Shown here in pieces: positions 38,493 through 53,064 of a stretch of DNA of 64,000 nucleotides (within the stretch, counting starts at the first letter, position 1; each line of letters starts with the position of its first letter). Origin of the DNA: Eledone cirrhosa (Eukaryota); NCBI GenBank assembly GCA_964016885.1, contig OZ024741.1, positions 74,400,001 through 74,464,000 of the forward strand, given 5' to 3'. The position numbers were made by a program, and so were the translations under genes. The notes under the pieces are model-generated. The model was not told the origin of the DNA. It saw only the letters and a list, made by a program, of their open reading frames with translations, and did no database searches.

Positions 38493-40639
38493 TATAATAA
38501 TACTTGTAAATTGTTATGTGTCTTTCAGTTTTCAGAATAGGTACACTGTATACCTGTGTGTCATAAGAGGTGAGTAAATGGGTTGGTGTCAGGAAGGGTA
38601 TCAGGCAACAAAACATCCTGTCCATGTAGCATGGAAAAAAACATCCTGTCCATTGTAGCATGGAAAAAAACAACAATGATGATGATGGATTTAGTCATTA
38701 GACTATGGCTTTGATCGGGGGAGGGGAGGGACTGCCTTCAGGGACTTAGTTGATCGTGTTGACCTTTGTACTTAATTTTTAAAGTTTGATACTTATTTTA
38801 TCAATTACCTTTTCCATAACCGCATGTATATATACACGCACACATTATATATATATATATAAAATTAGTTTATGTACATAGGTCAGCTCGAGGCGATGAG
38901 AGAAGACATTTGCTCAAGGTGCCATGCATTGGGACCGAATTCAAAACCATGTGGGTGAGAAAAGACTCCTTAACCACACAACTATGTCTGTGCCTATGCT
39001 CAAAGTATCTATATATTGTTTGTTTAGTTCTTTTACATGGTTCCACTCAATTCTAATTTGTTCTAATACAAACTCATTTGTGCTTTTTACAGTTTAGCTA
39101 AATTCTTAGCATTCTTTTGCAACCCTAAACTTTCTATCTATTTTTTCTATCAGCTCTGTTTAAGAGTCAGGCGTTTTCACTCATATGGTACTATTGGAAA
39201 TATTAAATAGTTAGTTAGGCTGGATTCCTTCCTGTCTGAGCCAAAGCTACAAAGTTGCCTTTCCACACATTTTCCTTCTTCAATTTCTACAATACAAATA
39301 ACTATAATATTACTTGATAACTGTCATGTGTCTTTCAGTTTTTAGAATAGGTACACTGTATGTCTGTCTGAGCCAAAGCTACAAAGCTGCCTTTCAACAC
39401 CTTTGTCCATCATTGTCATCTTCAATTCCTGGATAAATTCATGATGATAATCTGCAGGTTGTCGGTGTACCTTATATGACTTCCACCACAATTCTCTTGT
39501 CCATTATTAACATCTTCAATTCTTGGACAAGATTACAAGCCACTATCCTACTCCAGGTTGTCAATGTGACATAATGTGGATTCCAAAAGAGCAGCAATGA
39601 TACTTCCACTTCTAGTTGCATTTTATTTTTTACTTATTGATGAGTTTTTCCAAATGCATTTCACCCCCCCCCCCTTTAAACCATATTTCTAATGAAAGAC
39701 ACTGCCTATAATTTTCAGAAAAGTTTGAAAGTAATCAAGAATTTGGAGGTATTCAGTAACGAAATAACTTTCTAATTATCAAGTAGGTATTTAAGGTGTT
39801 AAATTAGCAGAGTAATTAGAATGTTGGATTAAAAGTGCTTTAGTATTTTACTTGGCTTATAGTGCTCGGTATTCAAATCTGTCCATGGTCAACAATGCTT
39901 GTCATCTTCCCAGGATCGATAAAATTAAGTACCAGTCAAATACTTGGTTGTTTTAATTAACTTTCTCTTCCCCCAATTTTGCTGGCATTGTGCCTAAATT
40001 AGAAATTATTATCAAAGTTGGTGATTGGAGTAAAACTTAAAGCTAATTATCAATTTCTCATTATTAACAAAGGTTCTTACAAAATATTATAATGGAAATT
40101 TTAGAAAAAAATTACTTTACTACAACCACATTTCTAGACATACATTAAGTACCACTATAACTTGCTGACCAAAATATATAAATAAATATACAATGAAAAT
40201 GATACAGATTTGATTGTCAAATAACATTCACTTTGATGTCTGGTCTCCTCAAACATTGCACCCAACACCCCCAGCACCAGTATTAAAGTAACCTGCCAAC
40301 AATGTTATGATCTACTAGTGCTTTATTTTGTACAAAAGTGTTCTCTGCTTGCATATATATGTGTATACGTATAAATATATATATAATATATGTATGTGTG
40401 TATATATATATATAAATGAAAAATGGCATGCTGTGTTGTTGAAAATGTGATATATATATATATATATGTGTGTGTGTGTATATGCATGTTTGGCTTGCAT
40501 GCATATATATTTGCACACATACACACACTCATACGTGTGTGTTTGTGTGTCATAAGTGTGTATGCTAAGTGAAATGTTTAGTTTTGTTTTTCTGTTTTTT
40601 TGCTATTTTCCCTCCACAATATAAAGTTAAATGTCATCT

Positions 40640-40686
<47 letters not shown>

Positions 40687-40826
40687 TAGTTAGCTTCATT
40701 TTATATACACACATACAGTAGTAAGCTTCAATATATATATATATATATACACACACTTCAATAAATATATATATACACATACAGTAGTTAGCTTCATTCT
40801 ATATACACACATACAGTAGTAAGCTT

Positions 40827-40875
<49 letters not shown>

Positions 40876-40890
40876 TACCGTAGTAAGCTT
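40640..40890. repeat. Compound (TA)n/(CA)n microsatellite with repeated CAGTAG(T)AAGCTTC spacer
   Basis: Directly visible. Similar TA/CA tracts at 40350-40560 and 47575-47770. Confidence 0.85.
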
Positions 40891-41392
40891 CTCTAGGACT
40901 TATACAACTGTTGTCAACAAAGCTTTCACTAAAACAGTTTAGACATCTTTTGTCCTTTTAACATTGTATTTTCTTTCTCGTTTTATTTGTATATATACAC
41001 ACTGACTATATACATATATATATACACACACACTGATAATACATTAATACACAGGGAATATATATATATATATATATATGAACTGACAACAAATAAATCT
41101 GAACTCAATAGAATGAGTAATGAAGTGGTTAGTCACTTTGCATGACTTTTAAAATACGTTGTCCAATATACTCAGAGCAGTATGCAGGCAAGGCTGTGCG
41201 GTTAACCAGTTTGCTTCACAACCACATAGTGTCAGGTTCAATTTGTGGCACCTTGGGTAAGTGTGTGGAAGCCCAGGGTGTGTGTGTATATATAAATATG
41301 TATGCAAAAGGCAAACAGAAATAACAAAGCAAATGACACAGTACAATGAAAAAATATATTATTAATTTTACACTTGATATAGTAGTAAAAGA

Positions 41393-41430
41393 ATCTTAAC
41401 GTTTCGGAAGATAGCCCTTCATCAGAAGAT
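41393..41430 (-). ncRNA. Minimal type I hammerhead motif with loopless palindromic stem III
   Basis: AUCUU-CUGAUGA-A-GGG(CUAUCU)UCC-GAAAC-GUU-AAGAU, with a 5-bp stem I. It sits in a roughly 130-bp repeat end shared with 28660-28780. Confidence 0.68.
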
Positions 41431-42039
41431 AGAATGAGAAATTAAAGAAGAAATAGAAAGATTGAGATGGGCAGAGCAGGAGCGAGAAAAAAAATATTTT
41501 AGAGAAAAATAACAGGTCCATTCATGTTGCCATCTCTTGGAAAACTGTTGACGCTGGTGTTTATATATATGTGTGTGTGTCTGTTTATGTCCTGCAACTA
41601 TGTGGTATGACAAAAAGAGATCAATGAAGTGTGTGTCAAACTTGATAATTATGTACTGAGGAACATCCTGCCCCAAAATATAAACTATATTATTATTTAT
41701 GCTAACCACCTTCACGTATTATATTTTGGAATGCCTAACAACATTAAAGTTCCTCAATACTAACCAGGCCCATCACCAAGAGAGGTGGGGAGGTGAAGTA
41801 CATGGCACTGGTATCCATTTTAATGGTGTACCCTTAGGTTTTAAAAAATGTGCGATGATATGCTTATTCTAAAAATTTGTCTTAGATTTATTGTGAATTA
41901 GAGAACCCACCCAGAATGTTCTGAATACCCCCACCCCAGTACTAAATCCTGATGATGACCCAGACACTACCTTATTGTCACCTAAGTACCACAGATAGTT
42001 ACAATAACAAGAACTTTAGATACTGTATGTCTATGTCTT

Positions 42040-42450
42040 CATTTTGTCCTTAATTACTAGTTGGGATGTTGCTATTCCACTCAGGTTTTCTGCTTAATTT
42101 TGATTGGAGTTTGTTTATGTTTGTCGCCTCTGTGATTTGTCTGAGCATTGCATCTTTTCTGTGTGTGGATATAATTTTTATTTCTATGTTTTTTAATATG
42201 CCCCTATGTTCTATTTTGGCACGTTGGTGGTGTACTGATGAGTTTTTCCCATCCTGGAGTTCTTGCCAGTGTTCAACTATCCTTTCTCCTATGCTACGGG
42301 CTGTTTCACCTATGTATGTTATGTTCTTATTCCTACACTGTCATTCAGTGCATCTTATGCTATATACTACGTTCCTAGTTTTGCAGTTAGTTTGCAGGCT
42401 TAGCTTGCAGACTATGCATTTCTTATCAGTACAAAGGGATCTTTGAAATG
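42040..42450 (-). mobile_element. Penelope-like element remnant C (GIY-YIG domain)
   Basis: CIVC...CKTRNVVYSIRCTE*QC...YIGETARSIGERIVEH...RQITEA...KPEW. Confidence 0.85.
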
Positions 42451-45400
42451 GGTCCGGATGTAACGCATGCGAAAATTGAGCACACAACACACAAAAACAA
42501 GATCGTGTAGGACAGAACAAAGGAGAGACACAAAATAAAAACCTAGTCACTGGGAAGGTCACAAAATGTGATGAAAGAGCTTTGACAATATATAAACAAC
42601 CATCCAGTTATCGAACCAACCAACTGACTGGGAATTTATAATAAATTGAAGTGAAAACCAACAGGTGCACATGTTTTTATTGGGAGCATGACCCTCCCAA
42701 AGTATAACAATATCTGTTTCAACACATGTTTTCAGATAAGAAATCTTACAAAACAAATTAAAAAATGAAGTATATATATATATATATGTATGTAGTTGAC
42801 ATACCGAGAGATATTATATATATATATATATTCATAGAATAATGAGAAAAGCTCAATGCAAGAATAGCTGTTAAAACAGCAGAAGTGATAGGAAGAAAGG
42901 AGAAAATGATTCATTTGCTCCTCTTTTCCTATCACTTCTGCAGGCCACACACTTCTAGCTGCTGATTTCTGTCCTTTGAGGTAAATTTTACCTGATGCTG
43001 TCATTGATTTTGTTGTTTTAACAGCTATTTTTGCATTGATATATATACATATATATTTATTTAATTAGAAAGTGAACAACACAAAATATAACTACTCCAT
43101 TACCAAAGGTTTCTGGATCACAGACGATAATAATATGTCTGGATTGTTTGTCAGACAGAGATGTTATCTATCTAATTAAATAGCTCTGTTCTATACATAG
43201 AGCACTCTTTTTTCCTTTGCTTTTCCCTTGGAATTACCTAACACACATACACACATATATATTTATATAAAACCCATTCAAACATGGGAAATAGATGTTA
43301 AATGAAGATGATGATATGTATATCATATATACTTCTGTATAACTCATATTTTACCTTGAAAATACAAGAACAACCAGCATGTGACTTATCTGCTGGACAT
43401 ACAAAACCTTGATTCAAAATATATGGTGAATTGTTAATCTTGTCCATAAAATTGAAGTACAATTTATTCATCTGTTCAACTTATACATGAGTAAATATGC
43501 TAGTTATCTTTCCACAAAAATAAAGGAAGGAAAAATTATTTGAGATTAATATTATTATTCAGGCTATTTTCATTATAGTGTTAGGGTTTGCAGTATTTAG
43601 TTATGGCCATTTATGTTCTGAGTTCAAATTCTCTCAAGGTCAACTCTGCCTTTCATCTACCAGGGGTTGATAAAATATGATGTAATTGGCTTTCCCCTAC
43701 CAAGAAAATAAATATATGGTCTACACAAAGAAAAATCTATTTAACTTTCTTATTTTTAGTTGATAGCTGGCCAAGTATTTTTCTTAATTTTTTTTCTCAA
43801 CCATTGTCAATGTTAGATAGTGAGTACCCCCTTAGTTTTGAAAGACTCAAAACAAACTCACTAGTGCTGACATCACAATAATATGCACCCTGTACACTCT
43901 AAACCGAGATAATGTAAGATTGAGAAGACCATTTTTGCTCTACCAAAGCACAAGTTCTCTAATGCTGAAGTCATGATAAAATGCACCTAGTGAACTCAGT
44001 TAAGTGGTAGTACTGTACACTCTGTAAAGCAGCTGGTCTCAGGGAGGGAATCCAGCTATAGAAACCATGCCCAAAGACCCATCTAGTTTCAAACCGTGAA
44101 AACCCACCTAGCATGGAAAATGAATGTATGATGATAATGAGCTGAATGTTACCAATCTTCTTTCAGTCCAGAACCACATGGTTTACAAAGCAAACTTCTA
44201 AACCACAGAGCATCTATTTGTGTACTTAAAATTAAAAAACACGAAAATCTCAATCCTATACATAAAGAAGCAGTGAAATTTCTAAGAAATTAAGATACCA
44301 ATAGAACAAACACACAGATTACAAATAACACTAGATATAACAAAACACAGTTTAAAATATCAGAAGACAGAAACCAGACTGTGATAAGCAACTTCAGTTA
44401 ATCAGTTCCACCTTGAAAACTGAAACTAAAGGAGTGATAACATAGACATACTCTCTTCAAACTATCTTCTAATAAGACAGCAAGAAAAATTGTTCTATAG
44501 AAGGAAGTGGAAAAGACAGCCATAAATACATCTACTGATTCAAAAGGAACCTTTTGATACCAACACCCCTGACACAAAACTGCCTCTCATTCTGTAAAAT
44601 AAAACCACCCATTATAAAGTATTAATATTTTCTAATGCAATTTGATATAAGTTATTTATTAAGTTATATTACAAATTATATCGTAATAACAAAATATTGA
44701 ATTCATTTGTATACAATTTGTAGAGAGAGAGATTGATAGATAGACAGTGTGTGCAAATTGTCATGCCTACTCTTTCACTGTAGTCACAAGAATACTAATA
44801 AATATGTTTATTTCATGACTTTTAATAGCAAAATTTATCAAGAAATTTGAAGTAGGAATTAAAGTTGAAGTTTTGCATGAGACAACAGGACAGATTATTC
44901 TGTTGTTGAAATAATTAAAAATATTAGTAAATTTATCCAAATTATTCATTAATTAAATGAAATACTGTGTAGTTCATTTAGAATATGGTCAGAAATAATC
45001 AATCCTTTTGATACTAACCTGCCCAAAACCAACCATTATAAATGGGTTCCTATCTAAATAAAAGCCTACCAATACTATTTGATATAAGAACTATTTCTTA
45101 TTTATGTTACAAATACCATCTTAATAGAATAATAATTTTACAAAATCCTTCCAAATTCTTAATCAATTAAATGAAATACCATTATGATCATGAAAGGGTT
45201 AAGATAAAGTAATATAATTTTGTTCACAGTAGCCTTCTGTACTGATTCATATTTCATATTTAATTATTAATTCACTAAATGTTTTCATTACCAATAAGTG
45301 CATAAATCTATGAATTAAGTCATGTGTAATTAAAACTATAATATTACAACTAGTATTACTACAATACTAATTAGTATTACCAATACTAATTAGACTAACT

Positions 45401-46070
45401 GACACTATTCACCTATAATTGAAAGTAAATCGACTGCTTTTGTTTCATTAATAAAATGGCTTAGTCATTAATGTAATTCTCAGTATGACTTTATAATTCA
45501 AATGAACTTCTGCTGGTTTAGACAATGAGTGTTTTGGTCATTTGATCAATGATGTGAACTACTCATTAAATTAAATGTGCAAGTGGCTGAGTATTCAACA
45601 GATACAAGCACCATTAAAATAATTCTCAGGGAAATCAAGTCTGACCTAATAATTCAAATGGACTTCCATTTATTTTGACAAGTGTTCTGGTTGTTTGATC
45701 AATACTACAACCTACACATGCACCTATAATGTGCATAATTCTCAAGGAGATTCAGTGTCAGACACTGCATAACAAGACTGGACCTTTATATTACAGCTCA
45801 TCCAATAAGCTTTCTAACAGCTTCACTCACAAGGCTTGGGTTGACCTGAGGCAATAGTAAAAGACACAATTTCATGATGGAAATAAATGTGAAAGGAAAT
45901 TGAGGAAAAATTAAAGGTGGCTGAGGAGGAAATGAAGCCAAAGGGATACAGAAAATAAGGCAAAATGGAGAAGCTTATCATAGGCTTTCTTCAGAGCATT
46001 AGCAGGAAAAATTTCGTTTTGTTGTTGCAAAATTTCACTTACAAATTATCTAAGATTTATGAAAATTTAA

Positions 46071-46293
46071 CCCCTTTGATACCAAACCAACCTGGATTTA
46101 AGATACAAAACTGTTTGTTTGAAAATATTTATTTATCTTAATTCTATTTTGGAAAAGTTTCTCAAGTAATGTTCTAAATATCAGTTTGTTTACGAAAAAG
46201 TTATTTTATTAAATAATCCCAAATGCTTGGTTATTTTCAAAATTAATTGAAATATGGGCAGTGTATTTCATTAAAAATATGGCAATGACAGGG
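46071..46293. mobile_element. piggyBac-like MITE
   Basis: TTAA|CCCCTTTGATACC ... ATGACAGGG|TTAA. Confidence 0.72.
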
Positions 46294-48081
46294 TTAATCA
46301 GATTTTCAATTATGCAGGATGATATAATCAAGTCTCTAGTCTACATAATCTATTGGTAAAATCAGTTGGAATTCTTGGATATCTGCTCTCACTCCTACTG
46401 CTTAGGTCTTCTACAGATTGGAACTCCAGGCATTTCTTCACTCAATGATCGTCATCCATAAACATCACATGCCCACACTAGTACAGTCTTCTCTCTTGCT
46501 GCACACTACACCTGACTTACTTTATGCTCAGGTTTCATTTAACTCATCCGTATTTTGTAATTCCTGTACACGAATATTACACATCCAGCAGAGAACGTTA
46601 TCCCCTGTAATCAATATCCACATCTCACTAATATACATCACATTTCATATATAGCCTGTCTCAAACCCTGAGGCTCAACAGGCCATTGCTTATCCTGGAT
46701 ATCCTGGCGTTAAGTAACTGAGAGTACAAGATTCCCCTCTGGACAAAATGCCAGTCCATCGCTGGGTTAAACCTCCAGTTGTTGCTGATACTTATTTTTA
46801 GCTGACTATACTGGAGCAATGTGAAATAAAGTGTTTTGCTCAAGAACATAATACATAACCCAGTCCAGGAATTGAACCCACGATGTTATGATCATAAGTC
46901 TAACACACTTACCACTAGACCATGTGCCGCCAGTCATTTCATATATATATATAGGAATTCTGGTTTTATGCTTTTGGAGCACCCTTCTCCACTGCTAATC
47001 AGGTCACCTAGGTAATGGAAGCTATAAGCTAATTCTATGAAGCCTTCTTTGGATTTAATATATGTATAAAAACAAGAAAAAAAAAGGAAGGTCAATTGAG
47101 GTTTATAGTAAATTAGTTTATTTTGCAGCTCTGGTATCAAAAAGTGAAAACTATAACAACAATGTTTTAAGGATATTTTCCCTGCTAAAGCAAAGGATAG
47201 CCTTGCAGACCCCATAACAGTTATCTTCCTTTTACACTATATATGCACGCAATAATTTATATCCTTCCTCACCACATGGCCCAACCATCTCATTCCATTT
47301 CTCTCTACACATTCATTACAGGCTCTATTGCAATCATCTTGTGCAATTCCTTATTTAATTTCCTCTCTCTGAGGTATAAATAAATAATGAGCAAAGATTG
47401 GAAATCTGCTGGCACAAGATTTACTACATCCATTTCGAAATGAATGAAGAAATGAGAATAGGGATAAAAGTAGGAAAATAAATATGAATCATTCAGTTTG
47501 CAGCAGTGTTAGACACTCAATACTCATACTCAACACCTTTCTTGAGTCATAACAACAATAATAAATAACATGAAATACACACACATACGTGTGTGCGTGT
47601 GTATATATATATACATACATGCATATACACACACACATATACAGACGCATATATGTGTATACACACATATATGTATACACACAGACACATGCATATATAT
47701 ATATATATATATATGCAAACACTTACACATATATACACATGCACACATGCATATAAACACATATATAGATAGGCCCAATTCAGACGTGGGAGACCAGGAG
47801 TTTGCACCTGGAAAGTTATTCTCCAAGTTGCTAGTTTGAGCATGGTGTTTTGTAGAAGACTGCAGTCACACATGCATGACTACACCTCTCCATGCCACTG
47901 ATGTTGTCCAAGGGAAAGGTGATGGCTGATACAACTTGTTATCAGTTTTATCTCAGGTATTTATTTCCTGTTGAGTGGGCTGGAGCAATGTGAAATAGTG
48001 TTTTGCTGAAGGGTACAATGCCTCATCTTGTTCAGGAATTGACCCCATGAACTTACAATCATGAACCCAGCAGCCTCACTA

Positions 48082-48114
<33 letters not shown>

Positions 48115-48354
48115 GTTTGGAATAGGTGCACTGTATTCCTACATGTCATTAACCATGTGCATCCTGTTTAGAATAGGTATACTGTATCCCTGCATGTCAT
48201 AATAAGCAACTAAAATGGTGACAGAAAGGGAATTTGGCTATAAAACATTGCCTCAAAAAGTCCTGTCCATCCTAGGCCAGCATAGAAAAGCACCGTAAAA
48301 ACAATGATGGTGATACACGAACACACATATGCATATAAAAATATATGTATAATA

Positions 48355-49600
48355 AAGAGATGCATGGAGATTGTCGAGCCTAAGCTAGCTGATGTGGTTT
48401 TCGCCCCAGATGCAGCACATCCAACCAAATATTCACACTGTAGCAGGTCTTTGAGAAATTGTGGGAGTATTGCCAAGAGGTAGATTCTTATTTTGTCGAC
48501 CTTGAAAAGGCATATGACTACATTCCTCGGGACCTGCTGTGGAATGTTCTACAGGAGTATGGGATTGATGGTCAGCTTCTTGCTGCCCTGATGTTTCTAT
48601 ACAAATGCCTGAACATTTGTGTTTGGATAAATGGTGCTAAATTGAAACCATTAAAAGTGTGAATTGGACTCTGCCAAGGGTGTGTACTGTCACTTCTCCT
48701 GTTCCTTATTTACATGAACAGGATTGATATGCACAGCCGAGTTGGAAGTGGTATCATGACTGGTGGGTGTAAAATCAGTCGGCTGGAATTTGCAGATGAC
48801 ATGGTGTTACTTATCTCAACAGAAGGTGATCTCCGATTTGTAATCGATGGGTTTGATGCCGAGTGCTGCATGGCTGGAATGAAAATCAGTGTTGCGAAAA
48901 CACTCATATTATCAAGGAAGTCTGCACAGTGCATGCTACATGTAAACGGAGTTCCACTGTAGCAGGTAGAGAAGTTCAAGTATCTTGGGGCTGTGTTCAC
49001 AACTAATGGAAGGCAGGAGGCTGAATTAAGTGCAAGAATTGCAGGACCTGGTGCAGTAATGCACCAGCTTCAGCATTCAGTAATCAGAAGAAGGGAGGCA
49101 GGTGTAAAAGCCAAACTCCCTATCTGCAATTCTGTATTTGTGCTAACCCTTACCTATGGTCATGAATCTTGGCTAATGACTGAAAGAAAATGATCACGAA
49201 TACAAGTGGCCAAAATGGGGTTCATCTGAAGGGTTTTGGGAGTAATGCTACTCGATAGAGTGCGTAGCTCAGAGAGTCACTCCAGGTAGAGCCACTACTT
49301 CTCTGAATTGAGAGATCACAGCTCTGATACTAAGAGCATGTGGTTAGAATGTCTCAGGAAAGAATTGCTAGACAGATTTTATGGGCTAAACCAACCAGCA
49401 GGAGACCCAGAGGTAGATCCCAAGCAAGAAGGTTGGATAACATCAATGAGCTTGGCTGGTCATACTTGGGAATCCAGCCAGATCAGTTGGAGACTGTTGT
49501 TTCTGACAGGACCTGCTGGAAGGAGTGTTTGAGGACTCTGTCCCGATGACCCTCTCAAGAGGAAGAAGGAGGAGGAGGAAGAGGAGGGGGAGAAGAAGTT
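48355..49600 (+). mobile_element. RTE-clade LINE family 2 (Expander/Rex3-like), decayed, without PHD finger
   Basis: FVDLEKAYD, QGCVLS, LEFADDMVL, VEKFKYLG, LTYGHESW and RRPRGR, then a GAA/GGA-rich tail. The subfamily name is recalled resemblance only. Confidence 0.85.
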
Positions 49601-51009
49601 AAGAAGTTTTTAGATAACTCTTAAAGATAAACAGTTTAGTCTTGGAACCAGAGGTGGTTTTAGGTGGTCTGGTATCAAAAGAATTAAATCAAAGCAAAAA
49701 TCAGTTTTCTCATAAAACTACAAGCTATGAACCACATTCACATATATTTCCATCTCAAATTAAAAAAAAAATATATATAAATTGATTTATTTATAGCAAT
49801 TTTATTTCAATTCTGACATTGGCATTAAACTGTAGGCTTATAACAAGCTGATTAAATAATGTTATCTTCTTTCTTCCTGGTACTATTTTTGATAAATTAT
49901 TTGCTTATATCTTATAACTAGGATGGAAAACTATTGAGAAAGAATAAAGTATTGTTTGAAGTGATGTTGTTGAAATAATAATAATAAAACAAATGAAAAA
50001 AGGACTAAATATTTTACTAAATGTAAATCAAATGAAAAGCAAAATTAGAAACAATATGGCAAAGGTAACAGGTATAAAACAATTTACCTCCAATACTAGA
50101 ACATGGAATCTCAAACATTTTAGTAATTCTAACAACATCTAACAATTCTAAAAAAGCTTAATTTTCTTCAGGTATAAGTTGTGATCATAAATTGAACTAT
50201 TGTAAAACTTTTCTTGAATACATACATTAGTCATATGTATGGAAATTCCTTACAACCAAATCCTTGAAATTTGCTGTAAACTTACCTTTAGATAAAACTA
50301 AATTTGAATAAGTCAATTAAATAAAAGGAAATAGTTAAATGTATTATTTTTAATTTGATTAAATAAATAAAATAAAATGCAACACAGCTAGCTTTATCAA
50401 ATCTTTCTAAAGTTCAAAACTTTAACCCTTTCATTACCATATTTCTAATGAGAAACATAGCCCATTATTTTCAAATAAATTTTTAAATAATCAAGAATTT
50501 GGAGGGATTTAGTAATATAACTAACTTTGTTGGTATTTGGAACAAAAACGACAATGAGGATGATGGTGATAAACACATGGCTCTTTCATTATCATATTCT
50601 TTTCAAATAATTTTTAAAATAATCCAAAATGTAGCAGAATTTAGTAATGTAACTAACTTTCCCATCATTAAGTTGGTGTTTGGAGTGTAACTTAATAGTG
50701 GTAAGCAATATTTAGAATATAACAAACATCACATAACAGGTTGTAAAGCATTTGAACCTCCTCTCATCAATAAAAATAGTTAACCTTTTGATACCAACCT
50801 GACTGAAATTATTCTGGTTTTATGATACACAACTGCTCATTTTAATATGTTCATACATACATTAAAATCTTTCATGATAGGTGTGATATATAACAGGTGG
50901 TTAAATTAAATGCATGAATTGATCAGTCAGCCGGAATTTGTGTACAACATGGTATTACTTAACTAATCAGAAGGAAATATCCTACATGCACTTGATAGTG
51001 CTGCACAGT

Positions 51010-51610
51010 ATCTCAAGGAAGCCTGTACAATGCACTCTATATGTAAATGGAGTTCCACTGAAGCAGGTAGAGAAGTTCAAGTGTCTCGGGGTCATGTTTA
51101 CAAGTGATGGAAGGCAGGAGGCTGAATTAAGTGCAAGAATTGCTTGAACTGGTTCAATAATGTGCCGACTTCAGCACTTGGTCATCAAAAGAAGGGAGGG
51201 ATTGGTGCTCTTATGAAGTGACTGGAAGAATACAAGCATACAAAATGAGGTTCCTCCAAAGGGTCTTTGGAGTAATGTTACTTGATAGATTGCATAGCTC
51301 GAAAACTAGGGAAATGTCCCAGATAGAGTTGCTACTTCTCTGCATGAAGAGATCACAGCTTTGTACTATGGACATGGTTAGAATGTCTAAGAAAAGAATT
51401 GCTGGAGAGATTTTACAGGCAAAATCAATTGGCAGGAGACCTGGAGATATACCAGGATCAAGATGATTGGATAACATCCATAAGCTCAACTGATCCCGCT
51501 TGAGGATCCAACCAGATCATTTCGAGATGGTTACTTCTGATAGGACCCTATAGAAGGTATGCCTGCGGAATCTGCCACAACCACCCTCTCAGGAATAATC
51601 ATAAGAAGAC
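51010..51610 (+). mobile_element. RTE family 2 3' fragment
   Basis: Aligns by eye to 48910-49560 (VNGVPLKQVEKFKCLG). Confidence 0.8.
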
Positions 51611-52980
51611 ACAAATGTTTGTTAAGTAATTTTTCAAATATCAGCTTACTAATGAAAAGGTTAGTTATCTCATTAAATTCTTCAAAGTTTCATAATTGAT
51701 TGATTTACATAGGCAGTGTATTTCATTGATAATATGGTAAAAAAAGAGTTAATGAAATCATTCTCATCATCAGTGTTGTTGATAAAATGTGATGAATTTA
51801 TATTTCATTACAATGTCAAATGCAATAATTGTGGTATTTATTTTGGCCCTTTGCATTCTGATTTTTATCTGTGGTATCACTGATACCAAGCTGTATCAAT
51901 CTGCTTTTCCCTTGGGCAATTGGTGTTCATGCACAAAAAAAACAAATGCCTACACTTGTGTTTTAGAGAGGAACTTAGTAAGTATAAACTCATAACCAAT
52001 CGTAAAGATATAGTGGGAGAGGTTGTCTATTCATTGTTGTTTGGCCTTGTGCCTAAAGTAGAAACAATTAAAGTCAGAATTTAAAAAAAAGATTTGGTGA
52101 TAGGCAGGGAAGTTGGTTGTACATTCACATCCAGCTTGTATTCAAACTTTTGTATTTCATAATCATCTAACATGCTAGCATGGATTGGATAGGTTTGTTT
52201 CACCACAGTAACACATCACTTGTATTGGTTGCTGTTCATCTTTTTTGTGAGGTATATGTTTCTTTTTATCAATGTAGCACAGTGGATGGGCAGAGAGTCA
52301 TTAGAATGTCACACAGAATGCTTTGCAGTATTCCTTCTGGGTGTCTGCATTCTTAGTTCAAATCTTCCAATGGTCAACTTTACCTTTCATACTTCTTGGG
52401 ACTTCATGTAATATGCATTTAGTTATAGCCCTTTATAGCCCATTTTGTATTTGGTTATATCACTTTATGTTGTGAATTCAAATCACACCAAGGTCACATT
52501 TGGCTTCCTTCTTTCTAAGGTCAATAGAAAAAAAAAACACAAGACAAAATACAGAGAGATGGGGTCTGTCATTAATTGATTAAACCCTTGAAAGTTGTGC
52601 CCCACCATGACCACAGTAAAATAATTGTTTCTAGTTTTGGCACAAGGCCAGCAATTATCCCAGTGCATCACTGGTACTTTATTTTATCGACCCCGTAAGG
52701 ATGAAAGGCAAAGTTAACCTCGGCGGTGTAAAATAATGGTTTCTAATTTAGGCCCAAGGCCCCACCCCAATTTGTGGATAGGGAGTGTCATAGAAAGTCA
52801 ATTTCATTAATCCCAGCACTTATACTTTATTTTATCGAATTTTGTAGGATGAATTTTGTAGGATGAACATAAACTACCAGAACAAAAATACTAAGCATTT
52901 GATTGCAGCTCTAATAACTCTACCAATTCAATTCCCAAAGGCCATAGCAAAATAATAATAGAATAGTTGAGTATACTTAC

Positions 52981-53064
52981 TGTACAGTCTGGGTCCATTA
53001 CGTAACAGCTGTCTCCTGAAGCACTTGTTTCCACCCAAAGATGTTCTGTTGATACTGCAATATC
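52981..53064 (-). CDS. DGKZ: Coding exon (84 nt, phase 0/0) of a type IV diacylglycerol kinase (DGKzeta/iota, rdgA-like), start of C1A domain
   Basis: Minus strand reads ttatttaatgttatAG|GATATT...TGTACA|GTaagt and translates as DIAVSTEHLWVETSASGDSCYVMDPDCT. This matches the recalled type IV DGK motif GEHIWFETNVSGDFCY. An invertebrate gene would be co-orthologous to DGKZ and DGKI. Confidence 0.93.

Noticed and set aside
42710-42740. Hammerhead-like CUGAAAA...GAAAC on the minus strand near Penelope remnant C
   Set aside because: The core box is mismatched and the stems are unconvincing, so it is too degenerate to call.
47489-47873. Cys/Val/Tyr/Ile-rich ORFs (also 40283-40553 and 37029-37247)
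   Set aside because: TA/CA microsatellite translations.
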